From an uncultured Candidatus Rokubacteria bacterium (GTDB taxonomy: Bacteria; Methylomirabilota; Methylomirabilia; Rokubacteriales; DASRDR01): a DNA stretch of 64,000 nt. Below, in pieces: positions 29,989 through 39,353 of the stretch. Under the pieces are notes generated by a model. That model did no database searches and was not told where the DNA came from. It was given only the letters and a program-made list of their open reading frames with translations. Location: the NCBI GenBank assembly GCA_963708025.1, contig CAVPSB010000029.1:1-64000 (forward strand). Direction: 5' to 3'. Numbering within the stretch: position 1 is the first letter of the stretch; the number at the start of each line of letters is the position of its first letter. Both the position numbers and the translations under genes were made by a program.

Positions 29989-30720
29989 ATGACGACGACC
30001 GATTCACGCCCGCGCTGGCCCGCCGAGCTGTGGGCCGGGGCCCGCGACGCCGGCACCACCGTGGTCCCCAGCGTGCTGGCGTACGCCGCGGTCTTCGGCG
30101 GGCTGGCCCGCCAGACGGGGCTCTCGCTCGGCGAGACCGTGGCCATGTGCCTCCTGGTCTCCGCCGGCACCGCCCAGTTCGTGGCGCTGCCGATGCTCGC
30201 CGCGGGCGCCCCGGCCTGGCTGCTCGTCGTGACGACGTACATCGTGAACCTCCGCCACAACCTGATGGCCGCCAGCCTCGCGCCCTACTTCGCCCGGCTC
30301 TCGCGCTGGCGGCTGGCCCTGGTCGCCCACGGCCTGTCCGACGAGGCGTACGCGCTCACGCTGGCCCGCTTCGCGCGCCGGCCCGCCCACGTCGCCTACT
30401 TCGCGGCTGCGCCGTCGCCCTCTTCCTGGCCTTCTACGCGGGCGCCTTCGGCGGCGCGGTCCTCGGCAGCCGGATCCCCGACCCGCAGCGCTTCGGGCTC
30501 GACTTCGTCTTCCCCGCCGTCTTCATCGCCATCCTGGCGCCGATGCTGCGCGCGCGCTGGCAGTGGGCGGTCGCCGGCGCCGCCGCCGTGATCGCGCTCG
30601 GGGTGGCGCTGTGGAGCCGGGGGGACCTGGCACATCGCCGTCGCCGGGCTCGGCGCCTCGATCTTCGGCGTCTGGCTCGCCCCGGCGCCCGACGAGCGCC
30701 GCCCCGCGGGTGGCCCGTGA
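29989..30720 (+). CDS. azlC: AzlC-family branched-chain amino acid exporter (frameshifts)
   Basis: SAGTAQF, VNLRH, LSDEAYA, FGLDFVFPAVF. Confidence 0.85.
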
Positions 30721-31037
30721 GACCCGACCTGCTCCTCACGTTCGCCGCGATGGGCGTCGCCACCTACCTGACGCGCGCCCCGCTCCTGCTGATGCTGGCG
30801 CGCCGCCGCCTGCCGCCGTGGCTCGAGCGCTACTTCGCCGCGCTGCCGATCGCCCTCATCACGGCCCTCGCCCTCCCGCTCGTCCTCCTGGCCGACGGCC
30901 AGCCGGTGGCCGCCGGCGACCCCCGGATCCCGGCGGCGCTGGTGGTCGCCCTCCTCGCCCGGCGAACCGGCAACCTCCTCCTCTCGGTCGCCGCCGGCGT
31001 CGTCCTGGTGGCCGTCGCCCGCGCGCTCCTGTCCTGA
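30717..31037 (+). CDS. azlD: AzlD-family membrane protein
   Basis: MGVATYLTRAP; translationally coupled to azlC. Confidence 0.85.
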   Translation: MRPDLLLTFAAMGVATYLTRAPLLLMLARRRLPPWLERYFAALPIALITALALPLVLLADGQPVAAGDPRIPAALVVALLARRTGNLLLSVAAGVVLVAVARALLS

Positions 31038-31192
31038 ATCCGTGACCCGGGGCGCGGGTCCGACCTTCGGGAGGAGTCGGCCCGGCCGGCATCGGATTTG
31101 CGGTGTATCCTCGAGGCAGAGCCGGAGTCACGAAACCGACATACGGGGTGGCGCGGGCGTGTGCGCCAGGCGCGGCCGAGAGGAGCGTCGAA

Positions 31193-31558
31193 ATGGACAC
31201 GAGCAACCGAGACCGGACGGGCGAGCAGGGCGGCTACATGGCCGAGCCAGCGGGTCGGGTGGTGGACCGCGTGGCCGAGCAGGCCGGGCGCGTCGCCGAG
31301 GAAGCCGGGCGCGTCACCGACCTGGCGGCCGCCCGGGCCCGCGGGTTCGTCAGCTCGGCGAAGGAGCAGGCCGCCGGCTACGTGCAGGAGGCCGTGCAGC
31401 AAACCCGCGAGAAGGTCGCCCAGTACACCGAGGGCGGGTTCGAGCGCGTCCGCGACGACGTGATGAGCTACACCCGGCGGCAGCCGGTGAACGCGCTCAT
31501 GGTGGCGGCCGGCGTGGGCCTGATCATCGGGTGGCTCACCTCGCGCGGGCGGCGGTGA
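31193..31558 (+). CDS. DUF883/ElaB-like tail-anchored protein
   Basis: Helical body ending YTRRQPVNALMVAAGVGLIIGWL. Confidence 0.75.
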   Translation: MDTSNRDRTGEQGGYMAEPAGRVVDRVAEQAGRVAEEAGRVTDLAAARARGFVSSAKEQAAGYVQEAVQQTREKVAQYTEGGFERVRDDVMSYTRRQPVNALMVAAGVGLIIGWLTSRGRR

Positions 31559-31686
31559 TCCCGGCGTGGCCAGCGGCGAGGGGCCGGCGGCGCCGTCGCG
31601 CTGACCCTTCGACGTGCACGGAGCGCCCCGGGGTCAGGGCCTCGGGGCGTCCCGCCTCTCGCGTTCTCTTGTTGTATGATGGCGCC

Positions 31687-33414
31687 GTGCTTCCGGGAGA
31701 GCGAGAGGAGTTCACCCAGGAGGAGCGCGCCCGCCTCGCCCCGTACTTCACTAACCTCGACGGCCCCGTCTTCGCCCTCGTCAACCTCCCCGAGGTGGTG
31801 AAGGGGGCGCTCTTCGCCCGCTACTCGCGCTCGCCGAAGTCGCTCCGTCGCCTGTTCCTCGACGAGTTCGCCGGCTCCGACCTAGGCGCAGCTCTGCCGA
31901 TGGGGGTGGGGACGGAGCGGGCCGAGCGCCTCTACAGGAGAGTCTTCGACGAGTACGGGGACGATTCGGTTGCTCAGCTCGGGGGCGCGCACCTGGCCTG
32001 CGAAGGCGTGTCGAACGTCATGACCAAGCTGCTCGAGTGGGGCCGACTCATGGGCTATCTCGAGCAGTTGACACGCTACATTCCGTACACAGATCGGCCG
32101 GGCGGTCGGTGGCGATACCATATACCTCAGGAGCTGGCCACATTTCCAGATGTGCAGGAGCGGTACGTTTCGACGCTAGACTTGGCTTTCAGCACCTACG
32201 CGCGATGGCTCGGTCCGATGCAGGAGCATTTCGAGCGGCGGCATCCCCGCCAGCCGGGAGACTCGGAAGACGCCTACCGGAGTCACAGAAATATCATCCG
32301 GGCCAAGGCCCTCGACACGCTCCGCGGCCTCCTGCCCGCAGCGACGCTCGCCAACCTTGGGCTCTACGGGAGCGGACAGGCCTACGAAGCCCTTCTCCTC
32401 AGGCTCCGCGCGAACCCACTGGCCGAGGCTCAGCTCTGCTTCGATCTCATGCTGACCGAGTTGCGCAAGGTGATCCCCGCGTTCCTCCAGCGGGTTGACG
32501 TCCCGAGCCGGGGTGGAGCGTGGTCGCAGTATCTCCGCGAAACCCGGGAGGCGACGCGGTCAGTGGCGCAGCGCCTGCTCGCCCAGATGGAGCCCGAGTC
32601 TCGGCCGGAGGTCGTGCTCACCGACTTCGACTCGGAGGGCGAGGTGAAGGTGGTGGCGGCCGCGCTCTACGCGGTGTCAGAGCTACCCGACGACCAGCTG
32701 CTCGCGGTCGCCCGGCGGATGTCCGTGGCCGACCGTACGGCGGTCCTCCGAGCCTACGTCGGGGAGCGAACCAACCGCCGCCACAAACCGGGTCGGGCCT
32801 TCGAGCGCACGACGTATCGCTTCGACGTCCTCACCGACTACGGCGCCTTCCGCGACCTTCAGCGCCATCGGCTCCTCACGCTTGAATGGCAAGCGCTGAA
32901 TCCACGCCACGGCTACGACATGCCCGAAGCGGTGAGCGACGCGGGTGCCGGTGATGCGTGGCGTCGCGTGATGGACGCTTCGGCGGGCCTTCACGCTACG
33001 CTGACGAACACCGGGCTGGCCATGATCGCGCCGTATGCGGTGTGCATGGCCTATCGCGTCCGCTTCTACATGGAGATGAACGCCCGGGAGGCCATGCACC
33101 TTGTGGAGCTGCGGACTGCGCGGCAAGGTCACCCGAGCTATCGGCGCGTCTGTCAGCAGATGCATTGGCTCATTGCGACTCATCACCCGGCGATTGCAGG
33201 GGCCATGGGCCACGTGGACCAATCGACGGTGGAGCTTGAGCGCCGGGATGGTGAGTTGCGCACGGAGACACGACGCTTTTATCGGATCCGCGAGGAACTC
33301 GGCCTGGGATTCGTGACCTGCCAGGTGGAACCTGGATTGGAAGACGGATTGGCTCCCGCAGCCCCGTTGAAGTCCATGCAGCTCCACATCGGGAATGGCC
33401 CCAGAGCGCAGTGA
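31687..33414 (+). CDS. thyX: Tandem-domain FAD-dependent thymidylate synthase ThyX
   Basis: GALFARYSR, YGDDSVAQLG, LDTLRGLLP, DYGAFRDLQRHR, ELRTARQGHPSYR. TATGAT lies 6 nt before the GTG, suggesting a leaderless transcript. Confidence 0.88.
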   Translation: MLPGEREEFTQEERARLAPYFTNLDGPVFALVNLPEVVKGALFARYSRSPKSLRRLFLDEFAGSDLGAALPMGVGTERAERLYRRVFDEYGDDSVAQLGGAHLACEGVSNVMTKLLEWGRLMGYLEQLTRYIPYTDRPGGRWRYHIPQELATFPDVQERYVSTLDLAFSTYARWLGPMQEHFERRHPRQPGDSEDAYRSHRNIIRAKALDTLRGLLPAATLANLGLYGSGQAYEALLLRLRANPLAEAQLCFDLMLTELRKVIPAFLQRVDVPSRGGAWSQYLRETREATRSVAQRLLAQMEPESRPEVVLTDFDSEGEVKVVAAALYAVSELPDDQLLAVARRMSVADRTAVLRAYVGERTNRRHKPGRAFERTTYRFDVLTDYGAFRDLQRHRLLTLEWQALNPRHGYDMPEAVSDAGAGDAWRRVMDASAGLHATLTNTGLAMIAPYAVCMAYRVRFYMEMNAREAMHLVELRTARQGHPSYRRVCQQMHWLIATHHPAIAGAMGHVDQSTVELERRDGELRTETRRFYRIREELGLGFVTCQVEPGLEDGLAPAAPLKSMQLHIGNGPRAQ

Positions 33415-33415
33415 G

Positions 33416-33835
33416 ATGAAGCTCACGATGCTTCTGGCCGACGCCGTCCAGGCCGTGAATGGGAAGCTCTACGTGCTGGGAGGCGGGTGGTCGATCACCG
33501 GGCCCGATCCGGCGCCATCCGCGCTCGGCATCAAGATCGACGTTCCGTGGGACGAGGGGAACAAGAAGCATCGGTTCCGGCTGGCACTCGCCGACGCCGA
33601 CGGCCGTCCCGTGATGGTTCCGGGCAGTCAGTCGCCGGTCGAGGTGTCGGGCGAGTTCGAGGCCGGGCGACCAGCGGGTCTCCGGCCGGGCACGCCGCTC
33701 GATGTCGTGCTGGCGCTGAACATTGGCCCCCTGCTGCTCGAGCCCGACGCGCGATACGTCTGGCGGGCGTGGATCGACGAGCAGACCCGGGAGGACTGGG
33801 AAGTCAGCTTCTCGACCCGCGGAAAGGCGCGGTAG
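33416..33835 (+). CDS. Conserved hypothetical beta-sandwich protein (DUF6941-like)
   Basis: LLADAVQAVNGKLYVLGGGW, IDVPW. Confidence 0.7.
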   Translation: MKLTMLLADAVQAVNGKLYVLGGGWSITGPDPAPSALGIKIDVPWDEGNKKHRFRLALADADGRPVMVPGSQSPVEVSGEFEAGRPAGLRPGTPLDVVLALNIGPLLLEPDARYVWRAWIDEQTREDWEVSFSTRGKAR

Positions 33836-33839
33836 CCCG

Positions 33840-34037
33840 GTGGATCGATCTGGTTACACGACGCGTCTCCGCCGCCTCGGCGAGGATGACGACCGCTATC
33901 TGGATCAGTTGTCACCCGCCGAGCGCATGAATCTCGTCTGGCCACTCACCCTGCAAGCCTGGGGCTTCAAAGAGGGGCTGACGGATGAACCGCGACTTCT
34001 TCGACATGTTGTCCGCACTGTCCGCGGAGGGCGTTGA
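33840..34037 (+). CDS. Small hypothetical protein (putative antitoxin-like partner)
   Basis: YLDQLSPAERMNLVWPLT; overlaps the downstream nucleotidyltransferase. Confidence 0.55.
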   Translation: MDRSGYTTRLRRLGEDDDRYLDQLSPAERMNLVWPLTLQAWGFKEGLTDEPRLLRHVVRTVRGGR

Positions 34038-34431
34038 GTTCCTTGTCGTCGGCGCATACGCCCTCGCTGCCCACGGATTGCCGAGGGCCACGGGCGACCT
34101 GGACATCTGGGTGCGGCCGAGCGCCGACAACGCGGACCGCGTGTTGCGTGCGCTTCGATCCTTCGGGGCGCCCATGTTCGATCTGACTCGCGAAGACTTG
34201 CTGAGACCGGACACGGTCTTCCAGATCGGCGTCGTCCCCAACCGCATCGACTTGCTCACCGGCGTCACCGGCGTGACGTTCGAGGAGGCCTGGCCTTCGC
34301 GCACCACCGTGGCTTTCGAGGGGCTGGTGGCTCCGATCATTGGCCTCGACGAGCTGCTGCGCAACAAGGAGGCGACGGGTCGGCCTCAAGACGTGGCCGA
34401 CGCTGCTTGGCTCCGAAGCCGCAAGAAGTAG
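33985..34431 (+). CDS. Minimal nucleotidyltransferase (DUF6036-like)
   Basis: VVGAYALAAHGLPRATGDLDIW, NKEATGRPQDVAD. Confidence 0.85.
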   Translation: MNRDFFDMLSALSAEGVEFLVVGAYALAAHGLPRATGDLDIWVRPSADNADRVLRALRSFGAPMFDLTREDLLRPDTVFQIGVVPNRIDLLTGVTGVTFEEAWPSRTTVAFEGLVAPIIGLDELLRNKEATGRPQDVADAAWLRSRKK

Positions 34432-34486
34432 CCGCCGTCCCGGGCCGGTATACTGTGAGCATCGACATCCGACAGTGGAGGAGCCG

Positions 34487-34849
34487 ATGCTGACGCGTTC
34501 GATCGCCATGGCGCTGCTGATGGTGGCGCCGCTCGCCGTCTGGCCGGCGCCCCTGGCCGCCCATCACGGCTGGAGCGGCTACGACTCGAGCAAGACCTTG
34601 AACCTGACCGGCGTGATCCGCGAGTCGGGTTACGAGCACCCGCACGGGTACATCAAGCTGGAGGTGCCCGGGAAGACCTGGCTCGTGGTGCTGGCGCCGC
34701 CGTCGCGCATGGAGAACCGTGGGCTCCCGCGCGCGATGCTCGTGCCCGGAGTGACCGCGACGGTCGTCGGCTACCCGAACCGCACCGATCCCGACGAGAT
34801 GCGAGCGGAGCGGATCACCGTCAATGGCAAGACCGTCGAGCTCCGCTGA
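34487..34849 (+). CDS. DUF6152-family periplasmic OB-fold protein
   Basis: Signal peptide, AHHGWSGYD, YEHPHG. Confidence 0.8.
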   Translation: MLTRSIAMALLMVAPLAVWPAPLAAHHGWSGYDSSKTLNLTGVIRESGYEHPHGYIKLEVPGKTWLVVLAPPSRMENRGLPRAMLVPGVTATVVGYPNRTDPDEMRAERITVNGKTVELR

Positions 34850-34886
34850 CCGCGTCGTTCCGCTGATGGTGGAGTAGCCCGGTCCC

Positions 34887-35381
34887 GTGCACCCCGTCAC
34901 GGGTCCGGCCTGGCAGGTCTGGCTGGAGACGAGCGCGCTCGCCGTCGCGATGCGCCAGTGGACGTGGCTCTACCCGGGGGTCGAGGTCGCCCATATCCTG
35001 GGCTTCGTCCTCGTGGTCGGCGCGGCGGTCATGTTCGACCTGCGCCTGCTCGGGCTCTCGCGCCAGCTGCCGGTCGCCGACCTGGCGCGACACCTCCTGC
35101 CGTGGTCGTGGGCGGGGCTGGCTCTCGTGCTGCCGACCGGCCTCATGATGTTCACCGCCCACGCCACCGAGATGGCGGCCAACCCGGCGCTGCGCCTGAA
35201 GCTCGTCCTGCTGGGGGCCGCCGGAGTCAACGCCGTCGTCTTCGAGCGCTGGACGTTCCGGTCGGTGTCGAACTGGAACCGGGAGGCCGCGGCGCCGGCG
35301 GCCGCCCGGCTGGCCGCGGTCCTCTCGCTGGCCCTGTGGGCCGGCGTGATCTCCTGCGGCCGCCTCCTGGCGTACCTCTAG
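34887..35381 (+). CDS. DUF6644-like membrane protein
   Basis: YPGVEVAHILG, FDLRLLG, LKLVLL, GRLLAY. Confidence 0.8.
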   Translation: MHPVTGPAWQVWLETSALAVAMRQWTWLYPGVEVAHILGFVLVVGAAVMFDLRLLGLSRQLPVADLARHLLPWSWAGLALVLPTGLMMFTAHATEMAANPALRLKLVLLGAAGVNAVVFERWTFRSVSNWNREAAAPAAARLAAVLSLALWAGVISCGRLLAYL

Positions 35382-35382
35382 G

Positions 35383-36564
35383 TTAGGGGACGCGGGCGAA
35401 CTCGGCCTTGGCCGCCTCGACGGCCGCGGGGTTCGCCAGCAGGTCGAGCGCGGTCATCGCCAGCGTCTTGGCCGCCACCAGCATGCCGGCCCGGGCCATG
35501 GGCGAGGCCGCCGCCTCGGTGAAGTCGCGGGAGTGGTTCGGCGTGTCGCCCGGCGCGATGCGGATGTACGGGTGGATCATCGGCAGCGCCTGGCTCACGT
35601 TGCCGGCGTCGGTGGAGCCGTAGCCGCCGGTGTCGTCGGCGTCGATCGGGAAGCCGAGGCGCCCGAGGTTCTCGCCGAACAGCTCGGCCATCACCATGTT
35701 CGGCCGGACGGGGTCGTGGATGATCGGGTCGAAGGTGACGACCACCCGGCACCCGGTCTGGGTCGCCGCCCCTTCCGCCGCCGCCTCGAACCGGCTCCGC
35801 AGCTCGCCGAGGTATGCCTTGGCCGGGGCGCGCAGGTAGAACTCGGCCGCGGTGTACTCGGGGATGATGTTGGCCTGCTGGCCGCCGACCGTGATGATGC
35901 CGTGGATCCGGGAGTCCGGCCGGATCTGCTGGCGCATGGCGTCGAGCGCGTTGAAGAGGCCGATCACCGCGTTCAGCGCGTTGACCCCCTGCCAGGGCGC
36001 CGCCGAGGCGTGCGCCGCCTTGCCGAAGTACTCGACCTTCACCTTGGTGAGGCCGAGCGATCCGCGCCAGAGCTTCGTGCGGCAGAGCGGGTGGATCATC
36101 ATGGCGGCGTCCACGCTGGCGAAGACGCCGGCCTGGAGGAGGCGGACCTTGCCGGCGCCCCCTTCCTCCGCGGGCGTGCCGACCACGACGACCCGACCCG
36201 GGAACGGCAGGCCGGCGGCCCCCGCCAAGGCGGCCCCGGCCCCAATCGCGGATGTCGCGATGATGTTGTGGCCGCAGGCGTGGCCGATCGCCGGGAGGGC
36301 GTCGTACTCGGCGAGGATCGCCAGGGTCGGGCCGGGGCTAGCGCCCGGCACCTCGGCCCGGAAGGCCGTCGGCACGCCTCCCACGCCTCGCTCGACGCGG
36401 CAGCCCCGCTTCTCGAGGAACTCGGTCAGCCAGGCCGCCGCCTTTTCCTCCTTGTAGGCCAGCTCCGGGTTGGCGTGGATGCGGAGGGCCAGCTCCCACA
36501 GCTCCTCGGCCAGCTCCTCCACGGTCTCGTCCACGCGGACTTTGAGGGTCTCCAGGTCGGTCAT
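35383..36564 (-). CDS. M20 family amidohydrolase
   Basis: HANPEL, EYDALP, GHACGHN, PAEEGG, GSTDAGN. Confidence 0.93.
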   Translation of the reverse strand: MTDLETLKVRVDETVEELAEELWELALRIHANPELAYKEEKAAAWLTEFLEKRGCRVERGVGGVPTAFRAEVPGASPGPTLAILAEYDALPAIGHACGHNIIATSAIGAGAALAGAAGLPFPGRVVVVGTPAEEGGAGKVRLLQAGVFASVDAAMMIHPLCRTKLWRGSLGLTKVKVEYFGKAAHASAAPWQGVNALNAVIGLFNALDAMRQQIRPDSRIHGIITVGGQQANIIPEYTAAEFYLRAPAKAYLGELRSRFEAAAEGAATQTGCRVVVTFDPIIHDPVRPNMVMAELFGENLGRLGFPIDADDTGGYGSTDAGNVSQALPMIHPYIRIAPGDTPNHSRDFTEAAASPMARAGMLVAAKTLAMTALDLLANPAAVEAAKAEFARVP

Positions 36565-36589
36565 CGTTCCTCCCGGGGTGTCGTCAGTT

Positions 36590-36673
36590 CGGGACCTCCC
36601 GCCCACCCCCCCAACCCCCCTCCCCCACCCACCGGGGAGGGGGGGGTCGGAGGACCCATTCCTTCACACGCTC
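36590..36673 (-). repeat. Modular intergenic repeat, copy 4
   Basis: GAGCGTGTGAAGGAATGG...GGGTGGGCGGGAGGTCCCG on the minus strand. Confidence 0.8.
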
Positions 36674-36720
36674 TCAGTAGGTGAATGGAGAATCAGGCTC
36701 ACACGGCCCGCGCGAGGGTG

Positions 36721-37608
36721 TCAAGGCCTCGGGGCGCGGAAATGGCGCTCGCGCTCGAGCAGCTCGGGCACCTCGAAGAGCGCGTTGAAGTCGGCGAAGG
36801 GCGTGAGGCGATCGTCGAGTCCGGCCGCCTCGCCGGTCTGCCGGAGCGCGTCGAGGTAGCCCGCCATGGCGCGGGTGGCGGCGAACAGGGTCTGGACGGG
36901 CAGCAGGACGATCGCGTAGCCGAGGGCGGCGAGCTGGCGGATCGGCGGCAGCGGGCTCCGGCCACCCGGGGCGTAGTTGAACAGGCAGGGCGCCGCCAGC
37001 CTCCGCGGGATCGCCTCGACCTCGGCCAGCGTCGTCGGCGCCTCGACGAACAGCACGTCGGCGCCCGCCTTCACGTAGGCCTCGGCCCGGGCCAGGGCGT
37101 CGTCGAAGCCCGTCACCGCGATGGCGTCCGTGCGCGCGATGAGCAGGAGGTCGGGGTCGCGCCGGGCCGCGGCCGCCGCCCGGATCTTCGCCTCCATCTC
37201 CTCGCGCGGCACGACCTCCTTGCCCGCCAGGTGGCCGCAGCGCTTCGGCCAGACCTGGTCCTCGAGGTGCAGCGCCGCCACCCCCGCCGCCTCGTAGAGC
37301 CGCACGGTCCGCTCCACGGCGAGGGCGCCGCCGTATCCGGTGTCGGCGTCGGCGACGAGAGGGATCCGGACGGCGGACGCGATCTGGCGGACGTTCTCCA
37401 CCATGTCGGTCAGCCCCGCGAAGCCGAGATCGGGGAGGCCGAGCCGCGCCGCCGAGGTGCCGTAGCCGGTCATGTAGACCGCGCCGAAGCCGGCGCGCTC
37501 GACGAGCCGCGCCGAGACGCCGTCGTAGGCGCCCGGAATCACCAGCCCGGCGCGCCGCTCGACCAGGCGGCGCAGCGCCGCCCGGGGCGACGGGTCCGGG
37601 CCGCTCAT
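36721..37608 (-). CDS. Isocitrate lyase/PEP mutase family (PrpB-like) enzyme
   Basis: GAYDGVSA, ADADTGYG, EDQVWPKRCGH, IARTDA. Confidence 0.92.
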   Translation of the reverse strand: MSGPDPSPRAALRRLVERRAGLVIPGAYDGVSARLVERAGFGAVYMTGYGTSAARLGLPDLGFAGLTDMVENVRQIASAVRIPLVADADTGYGGALAVERTVRLYEAAGVAALHLEDQVWPKRCGHLAGKEVVPREEMEAKIRAAAAARRDPDLLLIARTDAIAVTGFDDALARAEAYVKAGADVLFVEAPTTLAEVEAIPRRLAAPCLFNYAPGGRSPLPPIRQLAALGYAIVLLPVQTLFAATRAMAGYLDALRQTGEAAGLDDRLTPFADFNALFEVPELLERERHFRAPRP

Positions 37609-38729
37609 GCCGCGCCCGCCGGCTGCCGCTCCGCCGCCCGGGCGGTCGCGATGCGCTCCTCCAGCGACGGGTGCGTCGCGAAGAGCCACTCCTTCAGGCG
37701 GCTCGGGCGGCGCTCGGCGAGGTTCAGCCGGCCGAGACGCTCCATGGCGGCGACGAAGGCGCCCGGGGCCCGGGTCACCGCGAGGGCCTCGGCGTCGGCC
37801 TCGCGCTCGAGCCGCCGGGACCAGGCGGCGGCGAGCGGTGTGACGAGGAGCCCGAGCCCGGTCAGGATCAGCGCCAGCAGCGGGATCCCGGCCGGATCGG
37901 CGGGATCGGCCAGGCCGAGCGGCCCGCTGGCCGCGCGGAGCGCCGCGTGCGCGAGGGCGAAGACGACGAGGAGCAGGACCACCTGGACGGCCAGCCCCTT
38001 CGGGAGATGACTCCGGGCGTGGTGGGCCAGCTCGTGGGCGAGCACTACCTCGACCTCGTCGACCGGAAAGCTCGACAGCAGGGTATCGCTGACGAGGATC
38101 CGTCGCGTCCGGCCGAGCCCGACGACGGCGGCGTTGGCGGTCGGGCCCTTCCGCGAGACGTCGGCGACCAGGACCTCGGCGGCCACCACGCCGACGCGCG
38201 CCGCCAGGTCGAGCAGCCGCGCCCGCAGCACCGGGTCGTCGAGGGGCGTGAGCCGGTAGAAGAGCGGCACGATCCAGAGCGGCACCACCGCGGTCAGGAC
38301 GACGCTGGCCGCGGCGAGCGCCGCCACGCTCCAGAGCCACCAGCGGTCGGGACTCCAGGCGAGGAGCACGTAGAACAGCTCGAAGGCCAGGAGCCCGAGG
38401 ATGGCGCCGAGCGCGGCCGCCTTCGCCTTGTCGGCGAGCCAGGCGCCGAAGGACTGCGTGAGCAGCCCGGCCCGCCGGGGCAGCACGAAGCCGCGGAGCA
38501 CGTCGAGCGGGAAGGTCACGAGGGCGACGACCCCCCCGACGGCGGCGAGCGTCAAGGCCACGACCAGAGCCCGCGAGCCGAGCCGCCCGGCCAGGCCCGC
38601 CGCCAGCCCGGCAGCGGCGCCGGTCCCGAGCCAGGCGACGAGCCCCGCCACCGTGAGGAGGAAGGAGGCGATGGAGAGCCCGAGCTGCCGGCGATGGTAG
38701 CGGCGCGCCTCCGCGTCGGGGTCCGTCAT
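37605..38729 (-). CDS. M48 (Ste24-like) membrane metallopeptidase
   Basis: HELAH, SRRLEREAD, THPSLEERI. Confidence 0.92.
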   Translation of the reverse strand: MTDPDAEARRYHRRQLGLSIASFLLTVAGLVAWLGTGAAAGLAAGLAGRLGSRALVVALTLAAVGGVVALVTFPLDVLRGFVLPRRAGLLTQSFGAWLADKAKAAALGAILGLLAFELFYVLLAWSPDRWWLWSVAALAAASVVLTAVVPLWIVPLFYRLTPLDDPVLRARLLDLAARVGVVAAEVLVADVSRKGPTANAAVVGLGRTRRILVSDTLLSSFPVDEVEVVLAHELAHHARSHLPKGLAVQVVLLLVVFALAHAALRAASGPLGLADPADPAGIPLLALILTGLGLLVTPLAAAWSRRLEREADAEALAVTRAPGAFVAAMERLGRLNLAERRPSRLKEWLFATHPSLEERIATARAAERQPAGAA

Positions 38730-38793
38730 CGCAGCCAGGGTATCCGGGTCTCGGCACGCCGACAAGTCTGCAATTGACCGCGACCCGGGTGCC

Positions 38794-39168
38794 TTGACAA
38801 CCCACTTCGATTGGAGGACGCTCTGGCGCGTGACGGGTCGGACGGACGTCCACTCGCTGACCATGCTGCTCGTCGTTGCGGTGAGCATACTTGCCTTCGG
38901 GACGGGCTTGTTCACCCTCGGTCTGCCGGACACGCCAGGTGGGCCGGCGTACTACGACGGCGATGATGACGACGCCGGAATGGTCCCGGAACGGGTCACC
39001 GGAGTGCCCCAGCCGGCGGTCGTTGACACGCTCGCGCCGTTCGCCGCCCTCGATTCCGCCGATCGGGCAGTGCCGCGCGCCTCGTCAGCACGGCCTCCCG
39101 TCTTCCGGCCAGCCGATCTGCTGCAACGCGCTCCCCCACTCGCGCCGCCCGCCGGCCTTCTGATCTAG
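38794..39168 (+). CDS. Hypothetical small membrane/secreted protein
   Basis: TM segment, acidic YYDGDDDDAG motif, C-terminal RAPP. Confidence 0.5.
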   Translation: MTTHFDWRTLWRVTGRTDVHSLTMLLVVAVSILAFGTGLFTLGLPDTPGGPAYYDGDDDDAGMVPERVTGVPQPAVVDTLAPFAALDSADRAVPRASSARPPVFRPADLLQRAPPLAPPAGLLI

Positions 39169-39353
39169 CCCAGTCGGGTACCCTGGATGCAGCGAGGGCG
39201 ACTTCGCCCCCGGGAAGTCGCGCTCACGATCCGGGATGAGTCTCGGGCCGGCCATTGCGCGTCGGCGTCGCGCCGGACGTCGTGGCCGGCGACGAGTCGG
39301 CGCGGCGCCAGCAGCGAGATGGCGCATCCTGATAACCGCAGGCAGGGGGAGCC

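Noticed and set aside
31042-31686. Long N-terminal extension of ThyX
   Set aside because: It overlaps the DUF883-like gene in another frame, and ThyX homology starts at about 31687.
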